DNA of 32,000 bases from contig NC_003272.1 of the NCBI RefSeq assembly GCF_000009705.1, positions 630,001 through 662,000 on the forward strand. The letters are read 5' to 3'. Position 1 is the first letter of the stretch. The number at the start of each line of letters is the position of its first letter. Below, piece after piece: positions 17,249 to 24,848 of the stretch. The position numbers were made by a program, and so were the translations under genes. The notes beneath the pieces are model-generated. The model made no database searches. It had not been told where the DNA came from and was given only the letters and a program-made list of their open reading frames with translations. The stretch is from Nostoc sp. PCC 7120 = FACHB-418. GTDB lineage: Bacteria; Cyanobacteriota; Cyanobacteriia; Cyanobacteriales; Nostocaceae.

Positions 17249-18469
17249 ATGAAAAAAAAATTGAATGATTTAGCTATATTTGGTGGAACGCCAACATTTG
17301 TTGATAAATTACACGTTGGTCGTCCGAACATTGGCAACCGTGAAAATTTATTATCACGCATCAATGATATTTTGGATAGAAAATGGCTAACCAACAATGG
17401 TATTTATGTACAGGAATTTGAGCGACAAATTGCTGAATTTGTTGGAGTAAAACACTGTATCGCTACGTGTAATGCAACAGTAGCCTTAGAAATAGCCATT
17501 CGTGCTGTAGGTTTCACTGGTGAAGTAATTATTCCTTCTTTCACATTTATTGCTACTGCACACGCTCTCAAATGGCAAGAAATCATACCTGTTTTCTGTG
17601 ATATTGACCCCCATACTCATAATATAGATCCCAACAAAATAGTTCAAAGCATAACCCCTCGCACTACTGGTATTATCGGCGTTCATTTGTGGGGTCGCCC
17701 TTGTAATGTAGAGGCTTTAAGTGAAATTGCTGATACTCATAATTTGAAATTAATGTTTGATGCTGCTCATGCTTTTGGCTGTTCACATCAAGGGCGTATG
17801 ATAGGTAGCTTTGGTGATGCTGAAGTTTTTAGCTTTCATGCTACTAAATTTTTAAACACATTTGAAGGAGGAGCGATCGTTACAAATAGTGATGAATTGG
17901 CAGAGAAAATTCGCTTAATGACTAACTTTGGGTTTGCTGGTTATGACCGAGTTATATATATCGGTACCAATGGCAAAATGAATGAAGTTTCGGCAGCAAT
18001 GGGTTTAACAGGACTCGATAATTTAGATGAATTTATTTTTATTAATTGTCGTAATTATAAGTATTATGAGAGGGCATTAAAAGATATTCCCGGTATTAAA
18101 TTGATTAATTATGACGAGGTTGAAAAATCTAATTACCAATATATTATTTTGGAGATTGATGAGGTATTGATGGGCATTAGTAGGGATAAATTATTAGAAA
18201 TACTACAAGCCGAAAATGTGATGGCACGAAGATATTTTTATCCTGGTTGTCATAACATGGAGCCATATCGTTCTTATTTTCCATATTCTAAATTATTGTT
18301 ACCAGAAACAGAAAATCTTACTAAAAGAATAATGTCTTTACCTACGGGAACATCGGTCAGTCTTGAAGATATTACTAAAATTGTAGAAATCATAAAACTA
18401 GTTGTAGAAAACAACAATTTTTTACAAGATAAATTAAGAAATTTACAACAAATATCAAACGTTATTTAA
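17249..18469 (+). CDS. DegT/DnrJ/EryC1/StrS family PLP-dependent sugar aminotransferase
   Basis: The ORF is open from GTG 17201 and ATG 17249 gives MKKKLNDLAIFGG. Family pattern: CNATVALEIAIRA, IIPSFTFIATAHA, the PLP-lysine block AEVFSFHATKFLNTFEGGAIVTN, and RRYFYPGCH. Confidence 0.9.
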   Translation: MKKKLNDLAIFGGTPTFVDKLHVGRPNIGNRENLLSRINDILDRKWLTNNGIYVQEFERQIAEFVGVKHCIATCNATVALEIAIRAVGFTGEVIIPSFTFIATAHALKWQEIIPVFCDIDPHTHNIDPNKIVQSITPRTTGIIGVHLWGRPCNVEALSEIADTHNLKLMFDAAHAFGCSHQGRMIGSFGDAEVFSFHATKFLNTFEGGAIVTNSDELAEKIRLMTNFGFAGYDRVIYIGTNGKMNEVSAAMGLTGLDNLDEFIFINCRNYKYYERALKDIPGIKLINYDEVEKSNYQYIILEIDEVLMGISRDKLLEILQAENVMARRYFYPGCHNMEPYRSYFPYSKLLLPETENLTKRIMSLPTGTSVSLEDITKIVEIIKLVVENNNFLQDKLRNLQQISNVI

Positions 18470-18481
18470 AAGGAAACAATC

Positions 18482-20272
18482 ATGAAAGTTAGTATTTTAA
18501 TTATCACATATAATCATAGTCATTTTATAGCACAAGCAATAGAAAGCGTATTAATGCAAAAAGTTAAGTTTGAGTATGAAATCGTTATAGGAGAAGATAG
18601 CTCTACAGATAATACACGCCAAATTTTACTTGACTATCAAAAACAATACTCGGATAAAATCCGGTTGTTGCTACCTGAAAAAAACTTAGGTATGCACAGA
18701 AATTTTGTCAATACATTGCAAGCCTGTCGCGGTGAATACATAGCAATTTTAGAAGGAGATGACTACTGGATTGCGGACGATAAACTACAAAAACAAGTAG
18801 AATTTTTAGATGAAAATCCAGATTTTACAATATGTTTCCATAATGTTATGGTTTTTCATGAGGATAATCAATATCAACCTTATATATTTCTTCATAATCA
18901 ACCTACCGTATCTTACATAGAAGATTTATTAATACGCAACTTTATTTCTACACCCTCTGTAATGTATCGTAATGGATTGGTAGAAAGTATACCTACTTGG
19001 TTTTATGAACAAGGTATGGGAGATTGGATTTTCCATATTCTTAACGCACAATATGGAAAAATTGGGTACATTGATGAAGTAATGTCAGCTTATAGAATTC
19101 ATGTACAAGGAGTTTGGTCAAGTAAAAGTAGAGATTGGCAACTAAAAGAAACGATTAGAATGTTAGATACTATAAAATCTAATGTAAATGTGCGGTATGC
19201 AGAAATTATAGACAGAGCAGTTCAATTCTATTCAGAACAGTTATTATACTTGGTTCCTGAAAGTCAAGAAGTTACGCCTGTATTAAATACAAGTTTACCA
19301 AATTATTTACAAATAAAAGATATAAACTTTATAGCGTTTCCTGACTGGAATCAGCCAGAAGAATTATTATATCAAAGTTTATATTATGCTATTAAACTAT
19401 TCTTAACACATCCTGAAAATAATAAAATTGCTTTATTCATAGACACTACTGATATTAGCGAAGAGGATGCTGATATATATATATCTAGCACTTTAATGAA
19501 TTTGATGCTAGAAGAGGAATTAGAGGAAAGTCACAAAATTAACGTATTTTTGATTGGTGAGCTAGACCAAATACAATGGCAAACTCTTTTATCTTTTCTG
19601 AAGGCTAGGATTGTCTTACCATCAGAGAATTTAGATGCAATTCTTGCTTCTGGGACAGCAATTATTCCATGCCTTACAGTAGAACAACTGATTGAATTTG
19701 ATTTAACATTTATTGAATCTGCAAAACCTTATAAACTAAATATTGGCTGTGGAAATGTCAGGTTTCATGGGTGGATAAATATAGACATAGAGCAAAATTA
19801 TAAGACAGTAGATTTAGTCTGCGATGCTAGACAAAAACTACCATTCAATGATAACTCTTGTGACTTAATATATAATGAGCATTTTCTAGAACACTTAACT
19901 CTGGAGGAAGGATTATTTTTTTTGAAGGAATGCCATCGTATCCTAAAGCCTGAGGGAATTTTACGCATAGCGATGCCATCCTTAGAATATGTTGTGCAAA
20001 AATATATGTCTGATGATTGGCGCAATCAAGAGTGGCTAAATTATCCAGAGTACCAGTTTATCAAAACTCGTGCTGAGATGTTAAATATTGCTATGCGTTG
20101 GTGGGGTCATCAGTGGCTCTATGATACAGAAGAGTTACACCGCAGATTAACCGAATCCGGATATATAAATGTTCAAAACTTTGCATGGGGTAAGAGTAAT
20201 ACACCAGATTTAAGAAATCGTGAGACCAGAGTTGATTCAATACTAATATGTGAATCACAGGCACTGAAATGA
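18482..20272 (+). CDS. Three-part fusion: GT2 glycosyltransferase / ~110-aa 'FPDW' module / class I SAM methyltransferase
   Basis: 596-aa ORF with an AAGGAAA Shine-Dalgarno sequence, starting 12 nt after the aminotransferase stop. GT2 motifs are VSILIITYNHSHFI, VIGEDSSTDNT and AILEGDDYW. The central module starts at IKDINFIAFPDW. The methyltransferase has motif I KLNIGCGNVRFHGWINIDI and LKPEGILRIAMP. Confidence 0.85.
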   Translation: MKVSILIITYNHSHFIAQAIESVLMQKVKFEYEIVIGEDSSTDNTRQILLDYQKQYSDKIRLLLPEKNLGMHRNFVNTLQACRGEYIAILEGDDYWIADDKLQKQVEFLDENPDFTICFHNVMVFHEDNQYQPYIFLHNQPTVSYIEDLLIRNFISTPSVMYRNGLVESIPTWFYEQGMGDWIFHILNAQYGKIGYIDEVMSAYRIHVQGVWSSKSRDWQLKETIRMLDTIKSNVNVRYAEIIDRAVQFYSEQLLYLVPESQEVTPVLNTSLPNYLQIKDINFIAFPDWNQPEELLYQSLYYAIKLFLTHPENNKIALFIDTTDISEEDADIYISSTLMNLMLEEELEESHKINVFLIGELDQIQWQTLLSFLKARIVLPSENLDAILASGTAIIPCLTVEQLIEFDLTFIESAKPYKLNIGCGNVRFHGWINIDIEQNYKTVDLVCDARQKLPFNDNSCDLIYNEHFLEHLTLEEGLFFLKECHRILKPEGILRIAMPSLEYVVQKYMSDDWRNQEWLNYPEYQFIKTRAEMLNIAMRWWGHQWLYDTEELHRRLTESGYINVQNFAWGKSNTPDLRNRETRVDSILICESQALK

Positions 20273-20327
20273 TTCTATAAATAGGCTATCGAAAACTTAG
20301 CTAAATATACAATAACTAAAAAGCACG

Positions 20328-23300
20328 ATGAAAACAAGAATTGCTAATGATGAGCCATTAGTTAGTATTTGCATTCCGACATACAATGGTGAATCCTTCA
20401 TTGATATGGCGATGAAAAGCATTAAATCTCAGATATATAATAATATAGAAGTTATTATTTCTGATGATAACTCAACCGATGCAACAATAGATAAGATAAA
20501 TTTTTTCCATGCAAAAGAAAACTTAAAAGTTAATGTTATAGCTCATGAAAGATATGGGTTGGCGAATAATTGGAATTTCTGTATTTCTCAAGCTCAAGGT
20601 AAATACATTAAATTTCTATTCCAAGATGATATTTTAGAGCCTGATGCTATTAAAAAAATGGTTGCATTGGCGGAAGAAGACGAGGAAATAGGTTTAGTAT
20701 TCTCACCTCGTCAATTATTTTCTGACTCTAAAGATGCTAACTATAGTCCAAGATATTTAGAACATCATGAGGCCAAAGACGTACATAAATATTGGTCAAT
20801 TTTAGAAACAATTCAATCAGGGAGCAAGCTTTTACAAGACACCAATATATTTGATAATCCTATTAACAAAATTGGTGAACCAAGTACTGTTTTAATCAGA
20901 AAAGAAGTATTTGATAAAGTAGGATTATTTAATAATGAACTTTGTCAACTAGTAGATTTAGAAATGTGGCTCAGAATTATGAGCCAATACAAAATCGGGT
21001 TTATTGATCAAGTTTTATCACACTTTCGTATACATCCCCAACAACAGACTCGCCGGAATATAGATTTAAAAGATGCTATTTTATTAGATTATCAAAAACT
21101 TTTTCAGTATATTGCTGATGACAGCCGTTATCCTGATATAACCAGACAAATGGCTGCTGTTAGATATGCTATTTTGAGCAATGACCATACTGAATTAAAC
21201 CGATTACGAAACCAAATAGCACAACAATGGCTTAATATTCCAGATGAAAAATTAGCTGAAATATATGCAGGTTTGTTGGGAAAAACACATAAAGTACTCC
21301 TTGCGAATAGTATTAATGATAAAAATTTCGCTAGTAAAGATAGCATTCTCGTTAAAGATATAGTTATTTCTCAAGAATTCACCAACTGCAAATCTATTCA
21401 GAATTTACTAGCGGCTATGATGTTAGGTGATTTTAATCGAGTTCTTTTACTGTCTGACTTTTCACAAATACCTGAATGGTTATTGTATGACTATATTCAG
21501 TTCCTATTTCCGGTTCAAGATTATTTTAAACTGTTAGGAAATACAGTTGAATACTATCAATATATAGAAAAAAGTGTTTATTTATTACATAAATATATTT
21601 TCCAAGAATTAGATTCTTATTCGTCTTATAAAGCTACTAATTATTTTACTCAGATTGCTAATTTTATCCATATTTATTTTAATGAAATCAATTTGAAAGA
21701 TGTATATGTCAAACGTGCCGATATAATAGAACAATGTTTGAAAATAAACGGACATAAAATTGATTATGAATTTCAAGATAGAGATAGAAATAGAAAAAAA
21801 ATCAGACTTGGTATTCTATCTGCACATTTCACACCCTCAGCAGAAACATTTGCATACCTTCCCGTTTATGAATACCTCAGTCGAGATTTTGAGGTGATAT
21901 TGTATTCCCTCACAGAAACGAGTCATAGATTAGAACAATATTGCCGAATTTCTGCGAACTTATTTAAAGTTCTACCAAAAGGTTTATCAGATCAGGTAAA
22001 TGCTATTCGTACTGATGATTTGGATATATTATTCGTTGCTACTAACGTAACTGTAGTAACCAGCCAAATCTGCCAGTTAGCAATCCATAGATTAGCAAGA
22101 ATACAAATAACTAGTGGCGCTTCCGTGGCAACAACTGGAATGAGAAATATGGATTACTATATTTCTGGTACATTAACTGATCCTTCACCCACGGCACAAG
22201 AGCAATATCAAGAAAAACTAATTAAATTAGAAGGAACTGCTCACTGTTTTAGTTATGGCACTGAGGAAGGTAAATTAACAACTCCGGTTGAAAGAAATAG
22301 TTTAGGAATTCCCGGAAATGCGGTTGTTTTCATCTCTGGTGCTAATTATTTTAAAACAGTCCCAGAACTAATGGATACTTGGGCGAAAATTATTTCTATA
22401 GTACCAAATTCAGTTTTAGTGCTTTTACCATTTGGTCCAAATTGGTCAAGTAATTATCCAAAAGCAGAATTTATCAATCACCTGAATTCAATATTTTCTA
22501 GGCATGGGTTAGGGACTGAACGCTTAAGAGTTTTAGATCCTCAACCAGTTCCAGACCGTGAGGACATGAAGGAATATTATAAAATTGCCGATGTCTATTT
22601 AGATTCCTATCCATTTGCAGGGACAACTTCATTAATAGAACCACTACAGGTTAATTTACCCGTCATTGCTAGACAAGGAAGCTGCTTCCGTTCTGCAATG
22701 GGAGCAGCAATTATACAAACATTGAATATTCCTGATTTAGTTGCTGATAGTGAAGACTCTTACATTGAATTAGCTGTTGCATTAGGTAATAATTCTGCAT
22801 TAAGACAACAAAAAAGCGCCGAAATCAAGGAAAAAATGCAAAGTAATCCTAGTTTTTTGGATAGTCGCTCTTATTCAGCTAAAATGGGAAGTTTATTTCA
22901 AGAACTTTTTAGTGATTATATTGCAGATACTCTCAGTCAGAATTTATGCTTAAAAGATATCAACTTAATTATTTTTCCTGATTGGTCAGAATCAGAAGAG
23001 TTGATTAGTTCAGAACTGGAACAGGTAATTAAAACTGTTGCAACTCATCCTGACAGTGAAAAAATTATATTATTAATCAATATCGATAATATTGGTATTG
23101 ATGATGTGGAAATGTTGTTATCGGCTGTGGCAATGAATCTGCTGATGCAAGAGGATTTAGATGTGAGTGAGGGATTGGAAATTTCTTTAGTAGAAAGTTT
23201 GAGTGATATTCAGTGGAAGGCTTTATTACCTCGTATTCATGCACGAATTGTTTTAGAACATGAAAATCAAGATGTAGTAATACAAACGAAAGCAGATACT

Positions 23301-23369
23301 TTACTAACTTGCAACTTAGAAGGTTTAAGCCAAGCGCAAGAGAAAGAGCCTTTTTGCTTGTCTGAGTAA
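20328..23369 (+). CDS. Four-part fusion: GT2 glycosyltransferase / helical linker / GT41 (SPINDLY/OGT-like) catalytic domain / C-terminal 'FPDW' module
   Basis: 1013-aa ORF. GT2 motifs are VSICIPTYNGESFI, VIISDDNSTDAT and KFLFQDDILE. The GT41-like region runs from KKIRLGILSAHF to DSYPFAGTTSLIEPLQVNLPVIARQG and aligns by eye with the C-terminal half of ORF 24843..27062. The last ~110 aa (LKDINLIIFPDWSESEE...) repeat the module of the preceding protein. Confidence 0.8.
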   Translation: MKTRIANDEPLVSICIPTYNGESFIDMAMKSIKSQIYNNIEVIISDDNSTDATIDKINFFHAKENLKVNVIAHERYGLANNWNFCISQAQGKYIKFLFQDDILEPDAIKKMVALAEEDEEIGLVFSPRQLFSDSKDANYSPRYLEHHEAKDVHKYWSILETIQSGSKLLQDTNIFDNPINKIGEPSTVLIRKEVFDKVGLFNNELCQLVDLEMWLRIMSQYKIGFIDQVLSHFRIHPQQQTRRNIDLKDAILLDYQKLFQYIADDSRYPDITRQMAAVRYAILSNDHTELNRLRNQIAQQWLNIPDEKLAEIYAGLLGKTHKVLLANSINDKNFASKDSILVKDIVISQEFTNCKSIQNLLAAMMLGDFNRVLLLSDFSQIPEWLLYDYIQFLFPVQDYFKLLGNTVEYYQYIEKSVYLLHKYIFQELDSYSSYKATNYFTQIANFIHIYFNEINLKDVYVKRADIIEQCLKINGHKIDYEFQDRDRNRKKIRLGILSAHFTPSAETFAYLPVYEYLSRDFEVILYSLTETSHRLEQYCRISANLFKVLPKGLSDQVNAIRTDDLDILFVATNVTVVTSQICQLAIHRLARIQITSGASVATTGMRNMDYYISGTLTDPSPTAQEQYQEKLIKLEGTAHCFSYGTEEGKLTTPVERNSLGIPGNAVVFISGANYFKTVPELMDTWAKIISIVPNSVLVLLPFGPNWSSNYPKAEFINHLNSIFSRHGLGTERLRVLDPQPVPDREDMKEYYKIADVYLDSYPFAGTTSLIEPLQVNLPVIARQGSCFRSAMGAAIIQTLNIPDLVADSEDSYIELAVALGNNSALRQQKSAEIKEKMQSNPSFLDSRSYSAKMGSLFQELFSDYIADTLSQNLCLKDINLIIFPDWSESEELISSELEQVIKTVATHPDSEKIILLINIDNIGIDDVEMLLSAVAMNLLMQEDLDVSEGLEISLVESLSDIQWKALLPRIHARIVLEHENQDVVIQTKADTLLTCNLEGLSQAQEKEPFCLSE

Positions 23370-23390
23370 GGTTTGTAGTGGACTGAGTTA

Positions 23391-23456
23391 GTAGGGTGCG
23401 TCAGTGTGAAACTATCTAGCAATACTTATACAAGTATCCATACTGACGCACCTTAC
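23391..23456. repeat. Long imperfect hairpin after the glycosyltransferase operon (possible terminator or dispersed repeat)
   Basis: GTAGGGTGCGTCAGTGTG (23391-23408) pairs with CATACTGACGCACCTTAC (23439-23456) at 16 of 18 positions. An inner palindrome ATACTT-ATAC-AAGTAT lies in the loop. There is no U-tract. Confidence 0.4.
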
Positions 23457-23605
23457 TCACTTGAATATTTTTGCTCTGAAAATCGTTAAAATGCTACAGA
23501 ACAATCCAAAACAAAGTTCATTATTTCAATGTCTGTACTGATAAACTAAGATTAAGGCTAGAAGTTCTATATCTCAAGACTATACCCATATCTTAAAATA
23601 TCGCC

Positions 23606-24184
23606 GTGACTGCTATTACTATTAACTTGAACAATGTAGTTAGACTCAGCGAAGACCAATTTTATCAGCTTTGTCGGGATAATCCCGATATAAAATTTGA
23701 GCGCAATGTCAACGGACAATTAATCATTATGCCACCCACAGGGGGAGAGACTGGAAGATATAACGCTAAACTTACAACAAGATTTGTTTTGTGGAATGAG
23801 CAAACAAAACTAGGTGAAGTTTTCGACTCCTCGACCTGTTTTAGACTACCCAATGGTGCAGAGCGCTCACCCGATGTTTCTTGGATAGAAATCAGCCGAT
23901 GGAATGAGCTTTCATTAGCACAACGGGAAAAATTTCCTCCCATTACTCCCGATTTTGTTTTAGAGCTAATGTCTCCATCTGATAGCTTGAATCAAACCCA
24001 AGCCAAAATGGAAGAATATATGAATGCGGGAGTTAAGCTAGGCTGGTTAATAGATAGAAAAACCCGTCGTGTAGAAATTTATCGTCAAGGACAACCAAAA
24101 GAAGTATTAGACTCTCCCACTAGTTTATCTGGAGAAGACATATTAATTGGTTTTACTTTAGACTTGCAGATTATCTGGACTTAA
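23606..24184 (+). CDS. Uma2 family (DUF820) PD-(D/E)xK endonuclease
   Basis: 192-aa ORF with a GTG start. It shows the typical Uma2 pattern: FYQLCRDNPDIKFERNVNGQLIIMPPTGGETG, SPDVSWI, and PDFVLELMSPSD with a downstream K in YMNAGVKLGWLID. Confidence 0.8.
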   Translation: MTAITINLNNVVRLSEDQFYQLCRDNPDIKFERNVNGQLIIMPPTGGETGRYNAKLTTRFVLWNEQTKLGEVFDSSTCFRLPNGAERSPDVSWIEISRWNELSLAQREKFPPITPDFVLELMSPSDSLNQTQAKMEEYMNAGVKLGWLIDRKTRRVEIYRQGQPKEVLDSPTSLSGEDILIGFTLDLQIIWT

Positions 24185-24516
24185 CCAACTGCATATTCTG
24201 TAAATTTCCTCATAAAAGGAGACTGAAAACCTAACACAATATCTTCTTTTGGGACTCCCATAGTCACTAAATCTGCTGCAATATCATCCTCTGTACCATT
24301 CCATTGAAGCCAAATTTTTCCATTTTTAATATCAATATGGATGATACAACTATGTATCCAATCCTGCCCTTCCCAACCCACATGAACTATTTAGTAATGA
24401 TCACGTTCCATATCAAAAATACTTTCAACTTCTATATTCCCATTATCAGGTTTTTGTTGGCTATAATCTTGTAATATTTGTTGTATAATTTTGCGATATT
24501 TAGCTAATTTTTCCAT
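24181..24516 (-). pseudogene. xisI: xisI-like gene (XisI family) interrupted by one in-frame TAA
   Basis: The minus strand from ATG 24516 reads MEKLAKYRKIIQQILQDYSQQKPDNGNIEVESIFDMERDHY-TAA-IVHVGWEGQDWIHSCIIHIDIKNGKIWLQWNGTEDDIAADLVTMGVPKEDIVLGFQSPFMRKFTEYAVG. This is a full-length XisI pattern. The stop is codon 42 (24391-24393), where homologues as I recall them have Gln (CAA). Confidence 0.8.
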
Positions 24517-24612
24517 GTCTTATTTTTATATTACGATGCTTGGTCATTTATCGGATAGTTGATGGGGAAATAATACCATATAAAAAAGTATTAACTTTAA
24601 CATGAATTCTAT

Positions 24613-24732
24613 GACCTCTCCCCAACCCCTCTCCGACGCGGAGAGGGGCTTAAATATCTTTAACGCTCAACGAAAAATTCAGATTCTGAAGCCTCTCTCC
24701 TTGCAGGGGAGAGGTTTGGAGAGGGGTTTTTT
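24613..24732. repeat. Small dispersed repeat / MITE-like element built from CCCCTCTCC and GGAGAGGGG modules
   Basis: There is a perfect 10-bp stem CCCCTCTCCG-ACG-CGGAGAGGGG (24626-24648). A second hairpin is CCTCTCTCC-TTGCA-GGGGAGAGG (24692-24714), followed by GGAGAGGGG TTTTTT (24718-24732). This sequence type recurs many times in Nostoc/Anabaena genomes. Confidence 0.6.
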
Positions 24733-24796
24733 CCAGTCGTCGAACTCACATTAACTTTATTTTTAAAAATAAAGTTAATACTTGGTTGAAAAAATT

Positions 24797-24848
24797 TGTA
24801 GTAAGGGCTTTAGCCCTTAGACTGGGAGGACTAAAGTCCTCACTACGA
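24797..24848. repeat. Dispersed double-hairpin repeat at the 3' end of the GT41 gene (probable terminator)
   Basis: TGTAGTAAGGGCTTTAGCCCTTAGACTGGGAGGACTAAAGTCCTCACTACGA contains the hairpins TAAGGGCT-TT-AGCCCTTA and GAGGACT-AA-AGTCCTC, closed by GTAGT...ACTAC. The TAG stop of the minus-strand gene (24843-24845) lies inside it. Confidence 0.55.

Noticed and set aside
15433-21346. Antisense or internal ORFs 15433..15630, 16547..16864, 17404..17586, 17486..17686, 19798..20025 and 21128..21346
   Set aside because: Each lies inside a longer motif-supported gene on the opposite strand. Long antisense ORFs in AT-rich DNA with few stop codons in one frame are expected by chance.
23665-23943. 92-aa minus-strand ORF
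   Set aside because: It is embedded in the Uma2 nuclease gene, which has the family motifs.
24517-24612. xisH upstream of the xisI relic
   Set aside because: All three minus-strand frames are closed by stops within a few codons and show no XisH-like sequence.
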